Source: Kineococcus radiotolerans SRS30216 = ATCC BAA-149 (GTDB taxonomy: Bacteria; Actinomycetota; Actinomycetes; Actinomycetales; Kineococcaceae). From it: a stretch of DNA of 32,000 bases. Where the stretch lies: contig NC_009664.2 of the NCBI RefSeq assembly GCF_000017305.1, positions 2,730,001 to 2,762,000 of the forward strand, in the 5' to 3' direction. The position numbers and the translations under genes were made by a program. Below the pieces are notes generated by a model. It saw only the letters and a program-made list of their open reading frames with translations. It ran no database searches and was not told the DNA's origin. Shown here one piece after another: positions 8,395 to 15,733 of the stretch (position 1 is its first letter; every line of letters starts with the position of its first letter).

Positions 8395-9813
8395 TCACAC
8401 GAGCACCTCGAACGACGGGGCGAGCGGCACCTCGGACCGGACCTCGCCCCACGCCCGGGCGAGGCGCCGCGCCGCCTCCCGCAGGGTGTCCGGGTCGGCG
8501 CCGAAGGGCAGCCGCAGGTAGCGCTCGAAGGCGCCGTCCACGCCGAAGCGCGGCCCGGCGCTGACGTGGACGCCGTGGCGGCGGGCGGCCAGCGCCAGCG
8601 GGGAGCTGAGGGCGGCCCCGAGGTGGACCCAGAGGGCCAGGCCGCCGGGCACCACGGGCAGCTCCCACTCCGGCAGCCGGCCCGCGAGCTCGTCCAGCAG
8701 CGCGTCGCGGCGCGCGCGCAGCTCGGCGCGGCGCGCCACCAGGACCTCGTCGAGCCGCGGCAGGACCTCGGCCACGACGAGCTGGTCCAGCACGGGCGTC
8801 CCCAGCTCCCAGGGGGAGCGGTGGGCGGCGAGGTGGCGGACGGTCGCGGCGTCGGCCCGGAGCCAGCCGATGCGCAGCCCGCCCCACATCGTCTTGGCGG
8901 CGGAGCCGACGTGGACGACGTCGGCGGGGAAGGGCGGGGGCGTCGCGGCGTCGATCCCGAGGTCGTTGGTCGTCTCGTCCACCACGAGGCGGGTGCCGTG
9001 GCGGCGGGCGAGCTCGACCAGGCGCCGGCGCTGGGCCGCGGGCATCACCGCGCCGGTCGGGTTGTGGAACCCCGGCATCAGGTACGCCACCGCGGGCCGG
9101 GCGGCGGAGAACGCCTCCTCCAGGGCGTCGGCGTCCCAGCCGCCGGGGCGCGCGGCGCTCGCCGCGACGACCGGGACGGCGACGGGGCGCCCGCCCGCGC
9201 CGCGGACGGCGTCCAGGGCGTGCGGGTACCCGGGGGACTCCACCAGCACCCGGTCCCCGGGGACGGTCAGGGTGCGGCAGAGCAGGCCCACGGCGTGCTG
9301 GGCGCCCAGGGTGACCAGGACCTCCTCGGGCCGCGTGGGCAGCCCCCGCCCGGTGTAGCGGTCGGCGATCGCCGACCGCAGCGCGGGCAGGCCCACGAGG
9401 TCGTAGCCCACCCCGGGCAGGTGGGCGGGGAGGTCGGCGGCCGCGCGGCGCGCCGCGTCGAGGACCTCCGGCGCCCCGGGCAGCGCGGCCCGGGTCAGGT
9501 CGATCTCCACCGGCGCCCGGGGCCCGGCCGGGCGCGGGACGCTCGCCGCGGGCAGGGCGGCGACGCTGCCGGAGCCGCGCACGCTGGTGAGGTGCCCGGA
9601 CTCGCGCAGCCGGGCGTAGGCCGCGGCCACGGTGGTGCGGCTCACCCCGAGCGCCGCGGCGAGCTCGCGCTCGGCGGGCAGGCGCGTCCCGGAGGTGATC
9701 CGGCCGTCGAGGAGGAGCAGGCGGATCCGGTCGGCCAGGGCGCGCAGCGCGGGTCCCGTGCCGCGCCACTCGCCCAGGAGGTGGGTCAGGCTCGTCGCGG
9801 AGAGGGTGGCCAC
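8395..9813 (-). CDS. MocR-family regulator (GntR winged-helix fused to a PLP aminotransferase-like domain)
   Basis: The GTG at 9813 gives VATLSATSLTHLL.... The GntR HTH is LPAERELAAALGVSRTTVAAAYARLRESGHL. The fold-type-I aminotransferase part has YLMPGFHNPTG and the PLP-lysine context SAAKTMWGGLRIGW. Confidence 0.9.
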   Translation of the reverse strand: MATLSATSLTHLLGEWRGTGPALRALADRIRLLLLDGRITSGTRLPAERELAAALGVSRTTVAAAYARLRESGHLTSVRGSGSVAALPAASVPRPAGPRAPVEIDLTRAALPGAPEVLDAARRAAADLPAHLPGVGYDLVGLPALRSAIADRYTGRGLPTRPEEVLVTLGAQHAVGLLCRTLTVPGDRVLVESPGYPHALDAVRGAGGRPVAVPVVAASAARPGGWDADALEEAFSAARPAVAYLMPGFHNPTGAVMPAAQRRRLVELARRHGTRLVVDETTNDLGIDAATPPPFPADVVHVGSAAKTMWGGLRIGWLRADAATVRHLAAHRSPWELGTPVLDQLVVAEVLPRLDEVLVARRAELRARRDALLDELAGRLPEWELPVVPGGLALWVHLGAALSSPLALAARRHGVHVSAGPRFGVDGAFERYLRLPFGADPDTLREAARRLARAWGEVRSEVPLAPSFEVLV

Positions 9814-9828
9814 CAGGCCACCGTAGCG

Positions 9829-9869
9829 CGATTGGCACTGTCCAGATCCGGTTCGGCGCGGTCCAATCG
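9829..9869. promoter_or_regulatory. 7-bp perfect inverted repeat CGATTGG-N27-CCAATCG in the 61-bp MocR/YczE divergent intergenic region
   Basis: CGATTGG lies at 9829-9835 and CCAATCG at 9863-9869. GTCCA is also repeated directly, at 9840-9844 and 9861-9865. This is a candidate MocR operator. Confidence 0.3.
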
Positions 9870-9874
9870 GGGGT

Positions 9875-10516
9875 GTGAGAAGTCCACTGCTCGCCCGTCT
9901 CGTCCGCCTGCTCGCCGGCCTGGTCCTCTTCGGCGCCGCCGAGGGGTTCATGATCACCGCGGGGGTGGGGGTGGGGCCCTGGACGGTGTTCGCGCAGGGG
10001 GTCTCGCGGCTGACCGGAGCGGGCGTCGGCTGGCTCACCGTCGTCATCGGCTTCGCCGTGCTGCTGCTGTGGATCCCGCTGCGCCAGCGGCCGGGGGTGG
10101 GGACGGTCCTCAACGTGCTGGTCGTGGGGACCGTCATCGAGGCGGTCGTGGACCTCGTGCCCGCCCCGCACGCGCTGGCCGTGCGGGTCCCGCTGTTCGC
10201 GGTCGGGCTGGTGCTGCTGGCGGTGGCCAGCGGGATCTACCTGGGCGCCGGTCTGGGCGCCGGCCCGCGCGACGGGCTGATGACCGGCCTGCACGCCCGG
10301 GTGGGCCTGCCGATCTGGAGCGCGCGGGCGCTGGTGGAGCTGTCGGTGCTGGCCGTGGGGTGGGTGCTCGGCGGGAACGTCGGGGTCGGGACGGTCGCCT
10401 TCGCCCTCGGCGTCGGTCCGCTGGTCGGGTTCTTCCTGCCGCGGCTGGCGCCCCGGCGTCCGGCGGTCCCGGTGCCCGCCCCGGTAGCGTCGCGGGCGTG
10501 CCCTTCTTCGTCGTGA
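9875..10516 (+). CDS. YczE/YitT-like integral membrane protein
   Basis: 213 aa with a GTG start. It contains GVGPWTVFAQG, RPGVGTVLNVLVVG, LGAGPRDGLM and VGWVLGGNVGVGT, which are typical of the YczE family as I remember it. Confidence 0.75.
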   Translation: MRSPLLARLVRLLAGLVLFGAAEGFMITAGVGVGPWTVFAQGVSRLTGAGVGWLTVVIGFAVLLLWIPLRQRPGVGTVLNVLVVGTVIEAVVDLVPAPHALAVRVPLFAVGLVLLAVASGIYLGAGLGAGPRDGLMTGLHARVGLPIWSARALVELSVLAVGWVLGGNVGVGTVAFALGVGPLVGFFLPRLAPRRPAVPVPAPVASRACPSSS

Positions 10517-10779
10517 CCTACGCCTACACCCCCGACTCCGCCGCCCGGGACGAGGTGCGCCCGACCCACCGGGCGTGGCTGGCCTCCCTCGGGGACATCC
10601 TCGTGGTGTCGGGCCCGACCGACGCCGACGGGGCCTTCCTCGTCTTCGAGGGCGCCGACGCGGCCGAGGTCGGGGCGGTGGTGGACGCCGACCCGTTCGT
10701 CACCGACGGGCGGGTCGTGGGCTCGCGGACCGTCGTGGGGTGGACCCCGGTGCTGGGGCGGGCCAAGGACCGTCTCTGA
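10498..10779 (+). CDS. YciI-like (YCII domain) protein
   Basis: The GTG at 10498 is in frame with track ORF 8566..10779. It gives VPFFVVTYAYTPDSAARDEVRPTHRAWL...DADGAFLVFEGADAAEV...DPFV, the classical YCII pattern. It overlaps the upstream gene by 19 nt. Confidence 0.8.
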   Translation: MPFFVVTYAYTPDSAARDEVRPTHRAWLASLGDILVVSGPTDADGAFLVFEGADAAEVGAVVDADPFVTDGRVVGSRTVVGWTPVLGRAKDRL

Positions 10780-10794
10780 CACGGGGACCAGTCG

Positions 10795-10823
10795 TCGAAA
10801 GTACTTGCGAACCGCGAAAGTAG
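10795..10823. promoter_or_regulatory. 16-bp near-perfect palindrome TCGAAAGTACTTGCGA plus a repeated half-site CGAAAGTA; candidate operator/promoter
   Basis: Positions 10795-10810 match their own reverse complement at 14 of 16 positions and are centred on GTAC. CGAAAGTA recurs at 10815-10822, 19 bp from the first copy at 10796-10803. This is the least G+C-rich patch in the window and lies directly upstream of the 10841 gene. Confidence 0.35.
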
Positions 10824-10840
10824 TCCGGTAGACATGAGGC

Positions 10841-11257
10841 ATGACCGGGACCGAACGCACCCGTGAAGCCCACGACGCCCTGAGCGCGGTCGCCGCCGCC
10901 CGCGCCGCGGCCCGGCCGGAGCCGCTGCCGCGCTGGGCGCCCCCGGCCCTCGCCGGCTGCCTCGCCGGCGGCCTCGCCCTGCTGGCCGTCACCGAGTGGA
11001 CCGGGTCGCCCGGGTGGCTCGTCCCCGGCCTCGTCCTCCTCGTCGGGTTCCTGGCCGGGGTCTGGTTCGTCGCCTCCCGCGGCGGCCTGCGGGTCCGCCC
11101 CGCGCCGGACCCCCGCCGCCACCTCGTCGACGGGCTCGTCGTCCTCGCGGCGGTGGTCGTCTTCGCCGTCCTCGACCGGGGAGCGGGGCTCCTGCTGGCG
11201 GGGCTCGGGCTCGGGGTCACCACCTGGCTGCAGTTCTCCCGGCTGGGCCGGGCGTGA
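10841..11257 (+). CDS. Hypothetical small membrane protein (about 4 hydrophobic segments)
   Basis: 138 aa with an ATG start. It has hydrophobic runs LAGCLAGGLALLAV, LVPGLVLLVGFLAGVWFV, LVVLAAVVVFAVL and LLLAGLGLGVTTWL. I recognise no family. Confidence 0.6.
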   Translation: MTGTERTREAHDALSAVAAARAAARPEPLPRWAPPALAGCLAGGLALLAVTEWTGSPGWLVPGLVLLVGFLAGVWFVASRGGLRVRPAPDPRRHLVDGLVVLAAVVVFAVLDRGAGLLLAGLGLGVTTWLQFSRLGRA

Positions 11258-11583
11258 GCGCTGAACCGGCGCTCGACCCCGCGGTCCAGCACCCCACGAA
11301 GCTCGCCGTCGTCGCCTTCCTCTCCGGGTGCGTCGAGGCCGACTTCAAGACCGTCCGCGACCGGCTGGAGCTCACCGACTCCGCCCTCTCCCGCACCCTG
11401 TCGGGCCTGGAGGAGACCGGCCACGTCGCCGTCCGCAAGGGCTTCGTCGGCAAGCGCCCCCGCACCTGGGTCTCGCTGACCGCCGAGGGCCGCCGCCGGC
11501 TGGCCGGGCACCTGACCGCGCTGCAGCGCATCGCGGCGGGGGCGCTGGCCCAGGCGGCCGACCTGCCGACCGAGGTGCCCTGA
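11254..11583 (+). CDS. Winged-helix transcriptional regulator (HTH_34 / MarR-ArsR-like)
   Basis: The GTG at 11254 overlaps the upstream stop (GTGA). The protein reads HPTKLAVVAFLSG...FKTVRDRLELTDSALSRTLSGLEETGHVAVRKGFVGKRPRTWVSLTAEGRRRL. Confidence 0.8.
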   Translation: MSAEPALDPAVQHPTKLAVVAFLSGCVEADFKTVRDRLELTDSALSRTLSGLEETGHVAVRKGFVGKRPRTWVSLTAEGRRRLAGHLTALQRIAAGALAQAADLPTEVP

Positions 11584-11587
11584 GGGT

Positions 11588-11610
11588 CCCGGGGCGGGGC
11601 GCGCCCCGGG
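11588..11610 (+). terminator. GC-rich stem-loop (9-bp stem CCCGGGGCG, 5-nt loop) 5 nt after the regulator stop
   Basis: CCCGGGGCG-GGGCG-CGCCCCGGG. There is no U-tract, which is common in high-GC actinobacteria. Confidence 0.4.
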
Positions 11611-11706
11611 TGGCGGGAGGCGCGGAGGTGCCTACCGTGGAGAACAGGTCGAGCGCACGGCCCGACGCCCCTCCCGGGAGCCCCCGTCCCGCGTCAGGAG
11701 AACAGC

Positions 11707-12216
11707 ATGAGCACCACGCGTTCCAAGAGGTCCACCGACTCCGGCCTCTCCGTCCACCGCTCGCCGGTCGCCCTGACCTCGCTGGTGGTGGGAGCGGCCT
11801 TCATCCTCGTCGGGGTGATGGGTTTCATCCCCGGCATCACGACGAACTACGGCGACATGGCCGGCGCCGGCCACCACTCGTCGGCGATGCTGCTCGGCAT
11901 CTTCCAGGTGTCGGTGCTGCACAACCTCCTGCACCTGGCCCTCGGGGTGCTCGGCGTCCTCGCCTCGCGCGCCACGGCCGCGGCCCGGATGTTCCTCCTC
12001 GTCGGCGGGGTCGCCTACCTGGGGCTGTGGATCTACGGGATGGTCGTGCCCGAGACCAGCAGCGCGAACTTCGTCCCGCTGAACACCGCCGACGACTGGC
12101 TGCACCTGGTGCTGGGCCTCGGCATGGTGCTGCTCGGGCTGGTCATGCCGCGCCGCCAGTCGAACGCGACGGCCGCGACCTACGCCGGCCCGACCGCCGG
12201 CGGCGACATCCAGTGA
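11707..12216 (+). CDS. DUF4383 domain membrane protein
   Basis: 169 aa with AGGAGAA upstream. It contains GFIPGITTNYGDMAGAGHHS, LLGIFQVSVLHNLLHLALG and SSANFVPLNTADDWLHLVLG, the signature stretches of DUF4383 as I recall them. Confidence 0.8.
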   Translation: MSTTRSKRSTDSGLSVHRSPVALTSLVVGAAFILVGVMGFIPGITTNYGDMAGAGHHSSAMLLGIFQVSVLHNLLHLALGVLGVLASRATAAARMFLLVGGVAYLGLWIYGMVVPETSSANFVPLNTADDWLHLVLGLGMVLLGLVMPRRQSNATAATYAGPTAGGDIQ

Positions 12217-12222
12217 GGGCGT

Positions 12223-12252
12223 CCTCCCGGGCGGGTTCCCCCGCGCGGGAGG
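12223..12252 (+). terminator. Strong GC hairpin (13-bp stem with 1 mismatch, loop TTCC) between the DUF4383 and hydrolase genes
   Basis: CCTCCCGGGCGGG-TTCC-CCCGCGCGGGAGG. The 3' arm contains most of the GGGAGGG Shine-Dalgarno sequence (12247-12253) of the gene that starts at 12260. Confidence 0.45.
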
Positions 12253-12259
12253 GCTGAGC

Positions 12260-13066
12260 GTGGAACCCCTGGAGCCCACCCCGGAACCCGCTCCGGAACC
12301 CGCGTCCCGCACCCACCGGGTGCGCACCTCCGACGGGGTGACCGTCGCCGTCCACGAGTGGGACGGGGCGGGCCGCCCGGTGGTGCTGCACCACGGCTTC
12401 AGCGCCAGCGCGTCTCTCGAGTGGCCCCGCTCCGGCGTCCCCCGGGCGCTGCGGGCCGCCGGTCGCCGGGTGCTCGCCCCCGATGCCCGCGGGCACGGGG
12501 AGTCCGAGGCCCCGCACGACCCGGCCCGCTACGGCGAGGCCCGCATGGCCACCGACGTCGTCGAGGTGCTCGACGCCCTCGGCGTCGACGACGTCGACCT
12601 CGTGGGCTACTCGATGGGCGCCGTCGTCTCCGCGCTCGTCGCCTCCACCCGTCCCGCCCGGGTGCACCGCCTCGTCCTGGCCGGGGTCGGGGCCGGCCTC
12701 GCCGAGCTCGGCGGCGTCGACACCCGCGTCCTGCCCGCCGCGGCGCTCGCCGCGGCCCTGCGCGCGCGGGACCCCGGTGACCTCGACCCGGTGGTGCGCG
12801 GGTTCCGGGAGTTCGCCGAGGGGACGGGCAACGACCTGCTCGCCCTGGCCGCCCAGGCCGACGCCGTGCACGACCGGCCGCTGGACCTCGCGGCCGTCAC
12901 CGCACCGACGCTCGTCCTCGCCGGGGACGCCGACCCGCTGGCCCGCCGGCCCGAGGTCCTCGCCGCGGCCGTCCCCGGTGCCCGGTCGCAGCTGGTCCGC
13001 GGCGACCACGGCGCGGCCCTGACCGATCCCGGTTTCGCCGCGGCCGTCGCCGCGTTCCTGCGCTGA
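12260..13066 (+). CDS. Alpha/beta-fold hydrolase
   Basis: 268 aa with a GTG start. It has the HGF oxyanion region (VVLHHGFSAS), the nucleophile elbow GYSMG and a C-terminal GDHG histidine context. Confidence 0.85.
   Translation: MEPLEPTPEPAPEPASRTHRVRTSDGVTVAVHEWDGAGRPVVLHHGFSASASLEWPRSGVPRALRAAGRRVLAPDARGHGESEAPHDPARYGEARMATDVVEVLDALGVDDVDLVGYSMGAVVSALVASTRPARVHRLVLAGVGAGLAELGGVDTRVLPAAALAAALRARDPGDLDPVVRGFREFAEGTGNDLLALAAQADAVHDRPLDLAAVTAPTLVLAGDADPLARRPEVLAAAVPGARSQLVRGDHGAALTDPGFAAAVAAFLR
12281..12304 (+). repeat. Tandem 12-bp duplication (CCGGAACCCGCT / CCGGAACCCGCG) encoding PEPA-PEPA in the hydrolase N-terminus
   Basis: Read directly from the sequence; the two copies match at 11 of 12 positions. 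Confidence 0.9.
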
Positions 13067-13086
13067 GGGTCCCCCGCCGTCCCGCG

Positions 13087-14067
13087 TCACCGGGGGGCGG
13101 GCGGGACGTCCCCGTGCAGCTGCCGCAGCACGTCGGCGATGCCGGGTTCCTCCACCGACAGGTCGCGGACCCCGGCCCGGCGCGACACCTCGGCCAGCAC
13201 CGCGGCGGCGGTCGTCTCCTCGGGGGAGAACGCGAACCGCTGCCGCAGGCCGTCGGCCTCCACCCCCAGGAGTTCCGCCCCCGGGACGCTCAGGGCGGGA
13301 CCGGGTTCGCGCAGGTCGACGACGAGCACCCGCCGGGCACCCACCCGCCGCACGAGACCGGGCAGGTCGCCGTCGTAGGCGGCGCGCCCGGCCTCCACGA
13401 CGAGGACGCGCTCGCACAACCGCTCCACGTCGCCCATGTCGTGGGTCGTGAGCAGCAGCGTCGTCCCGCGCTCGGCCCGCTCGGCCCGCAGGAACCGGCG
13501 CAACCGCTCGCTGGAGACCACGTCGAGGCCGATGGTGGGTTCGTCCAGGAGCAGCAGCTCGGGGGAGTGCAGGAGCGCGGCGGCGACCTCCCCGCGCATC
13601 CGCTGCCCCAGCGAGAGCTGCCGCACCGGGGTGGTGAGGAACCCGCCCAGGTCGAGGCGTGCGTCGAGCTCGTCCAGCCGCGGCCGCCAGACCGCGGCGG
13701 GCAGCCGGTGGATCGCGGCCAGCAGCCGGAACGACTCGGCCAGCGGCAGGTCCCACCACAACTGGCTGCGCTGGCCGAAGACGACCCCGATGCGGCGGGC
13801 GAGGTCGCGGCGGCGGGCGACGGGGTCCAGGCCGCAGGTGCGGACGGTCCCGGCGGTGGGCACGAGGATGCCGGTGAGCAGCTTCACCGTCGTGGACTTG
13901 CCCGCGCCGTTGGCCCCGATGAGACCCACCGCCTCGCCGGGTTCGACGCGCAGCGACAACCCGTCCACGGCGCGCACGACGCGCCGGCGCCGGCGGAACC
14001 GCCCTTCGCCCTTCTCGCGCACGACGTACTCCCGCACCAGGTCGGTGACCTCCAGCGCGGGGTTCAC
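13087..14067 (-). CDS. ABC transporter ATP-binding protein (partner of DUF990/ABC-2 permeases)
   Basis: The GTG at 14067 overlaps the upstream stop (GTGA). It has Walker A GANGAGKST, signature LSLGQRMR, Walker B LLLLDEPTIGLD and the H-loop TTHDM, followed by a C-terminal extension of about 90 aa. Confidence 0.9.
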   Translation of the reverse strand: MNPALEVTDLVREYVVREKGEGRFRRRRRVVRAVDGLSLRVEPGEAVGLIGANGAGKSTTVKLLTGILVPTAGTVRTCGLDPVARRRDLARRIGVVFGQRSQLWWDLPLAESFRLLAAIHRLPAAVWRPRLDELDARLDLGGFLTTPVRQLSLGQRMRGEVAAALLHSPELLLLDEPTIGLDVVSSERLRRFLRAERAERGTTLLLTTHDMGDVERLCERVLVVEAGRAAYDGDLPGLVRRVGARRVLVVDLREPGPALSVPGAELLGVEADGLRQRFAFSPEETTAAAVLAEVSRRAGVRDLSVEEPGIADVLRQLHGDVPPAPR

Positions 14068-14882
14068 GACCCGCTCCCGGTGTAGCGGCGCAACCCGGCG
14101 CGCCACAGCAGCAGCGCCGCCGCCCCCAGCGCGAGCGCGGCCAGCGGGGAGGTCCAGCCCAGCCAGGACGGCAGCCCGGGAGGACCAGGTTCGCCGATGA
14201 GGACCAGCACGGGCAGGTAGGCGACGAACGCCGTGGGGACGACGTAGCAGAACAGCCACCGCAGCGGGGCGCCGTACAGCGACGACGGGTACTGGGCGGC
14301 GTTGGCGCCGCCGTAGGTGATGCTGTTCACCGCCTCCCGCCCGTCCAGCAGCCAGAACTGGCAGGCCCCCGCGAGGACGAACACGGCGCAGAAGATCGCC
14401 GTCCCCCCCACCAGCGCCACGGCCAGCAGCCCCAGCGCGCGGGCGTCCAGGGCGATCCCGGTGCGCGGCCACGCGACGGCCAGGACCACGACGCCGACGA
14501 GGACCCGGCCCGCCCGGCGCAGCGACACGTCGGAGGTGACCAGTTGCGCCAGCACGGGCATCGGCCGCAGCAGGAACGCGTCGAGGGTCCCGCTGCGCAG
14601 GTGGGCGGGGAGGGTGTCGAGGTGCCCGACGAGCAGGTCGGCCAGGGCGAACGTCACGTTGGCGAGGGCGAACACGAGCGAGGCCTGCCAGACGTCGAGC
14701 CCGCCGAGGGTGGGGACCTGCGAGAACACGACGTAGAGGGTGGCGAACTCGCTGACCCCGATCCCGACGTTGGAGGCCAGGTCGGCGGCGAAGGAGGTGC
14801 GGTAGCTGAGCTGGGCGCGGACCCGGGAGGCCAGGACCGCCCGGTACGCGGCCACGGCACCGGCGCCGCCGGTCTCAGCCAC
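14064..14882 (-). CDS. ABC-2 family transporter permease (DUF990 type)
   Basis: 272 aa, with a GTG start that overlaps the upstream gene by 8 nt. It is multi-pass hydrophobic and contains LDAFLLRPMP and YGGANAAQYP, motifs I associate with the COG4587/COG3694-type permeases. Confidence 0.8.
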   Translation of the reverse strand: MAETGGAGAVAAYRAVLASRVRAQLSYRTSFAADLASNVGIGVSEFATLYVVFSQVPTLGGLDVWQASLVFALANVTFALADLLVGHLDTLPAHLRSGTLDAFLLRPMPVLAQLVTSDVSLRRAGRVLVGVVVLAVAWPRTGIALDARALGLLAVALVGGTAIFCAVFVLAGACQFWLLDGREAVNSITYGGANAAQYPSSLYGAPLRWLFCYVVPTAFVAYLPVLVLIGEPGPPGLPSWLGWTSPLAALALGAAALLLWRAGLRRYTGSGS

Positions 14883-15669
14883 CCTGCACCACCAGCCGGC
14901 GCGCCCCGGCCCGCAGCAGCACCCGCCCCGCCAGCAGCAGCCCCGCGAGCCAGCCGAGCTGGACCCCGAGCAGCCGCAGCGCCTCCGCGCCGGTGGCGCG
15001 GGCGAGCAGGACGTCGATCGGGGTCTGCAGCATCGAGGGGAACGGGGTGGCGGCCGCGAGGGAACCCAGCCACGGCGGGAACCAGGCGACCGGGACCGCC
15101 AGCCCCGTCAGCACCGTGGCCAGGACCGTGTAGAGCACCAGGACCCCCCGGATCTCGGTGAGCCAGAACGCGGTGAGGTTCACCAGCCAGCGCGCCGCGA
15201 ACGACACCGAGACCGCGACCGCGGTGCAGAGCAGCCCCAGGACGTAGGGCGCCGGAGCGCCCGGCAGGGAGAGCCCGGTCGTGAGGGCGCCCAGGAGCAG
15301 CGGGGGCAGCCCGCGGGGCAGGAGGGTGAACGCCGCGCGGCCCAGGTCCCCCGCCCACGCGGCGAGCTGCGGGTCGACGGGGCGGGCCAGGTCGACGGCG
15401 ATGTCGCCGGTGCGGACCCGGCGGGCGACCTCGTCGTCGGCGAACACGGCGACGGGGGCCAGCAGGGCCTGGGTGACCCAGGCGAAGGTGGCGGCCTGCG
15501 CGGGGTCGTACCCGGCGACGGCGCCCCCGGCGGAACCCACGGTGCCCACCAGGACGGCCGCCTTGACCGCGCCGAACACGGAGTTCGCCAGGGCGCCGGC
15601 CGCGGTCGCGGCCCGGTACGTGGAGTACCTGCGGAACCCCGCCGCGAGGAGGGCGGGGTAGGCGGACAC
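14875..15669 (-). CDS. ABC-2 family transporter permease (DUF990 type), second subunit
   Basis: 264 aa with a GTG start. It contains GDIAVDLARPVDPQ and is multi-pass hydrophobic. It is the first gene of the three-gene operon. Confidence 0.8.
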   Translation of the reverse strand: MSAYPALLAAGFRRYSTYRAATAAGALANSVFGAVKAAVLVGTVGSAGGAVAGYDPAQAATFAWVTQALLAPVAVFADDEVARRVRTGDIAVDLARPVDPQLAAWAGDLGRAAFTLLPRGLPPLLLGALTTGLSLPGAPAPYVLGLLCTAVAVSVSFAARWLVNLTAFWLTEIRGVLVLYTVLATVLTGLAVPVAWFPPWLGSLAAATPFPSMLQTPIDVLLARATGAEALRLLGVQLGWLAGLLLAGRVLLRAGARRLVVQGG

Positions 15670-15733
15670 GGGGTTCGACCCTAGTCCGCGCCGGGCCCGC
15701 TGTCAGGGGGCCGCCGGCGCTAGCCTCGGGGCC

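Noticed and set aside
10834-10866. Mini-ORF starting at the ATG at 10834 (MRHDRDRTHP*) just before the 10841 gene
   Set aside because: It is only 10 codons long, overlaps the better-supported ATG at 10841 in another frame, and has no leader-peptide logic that I can support.
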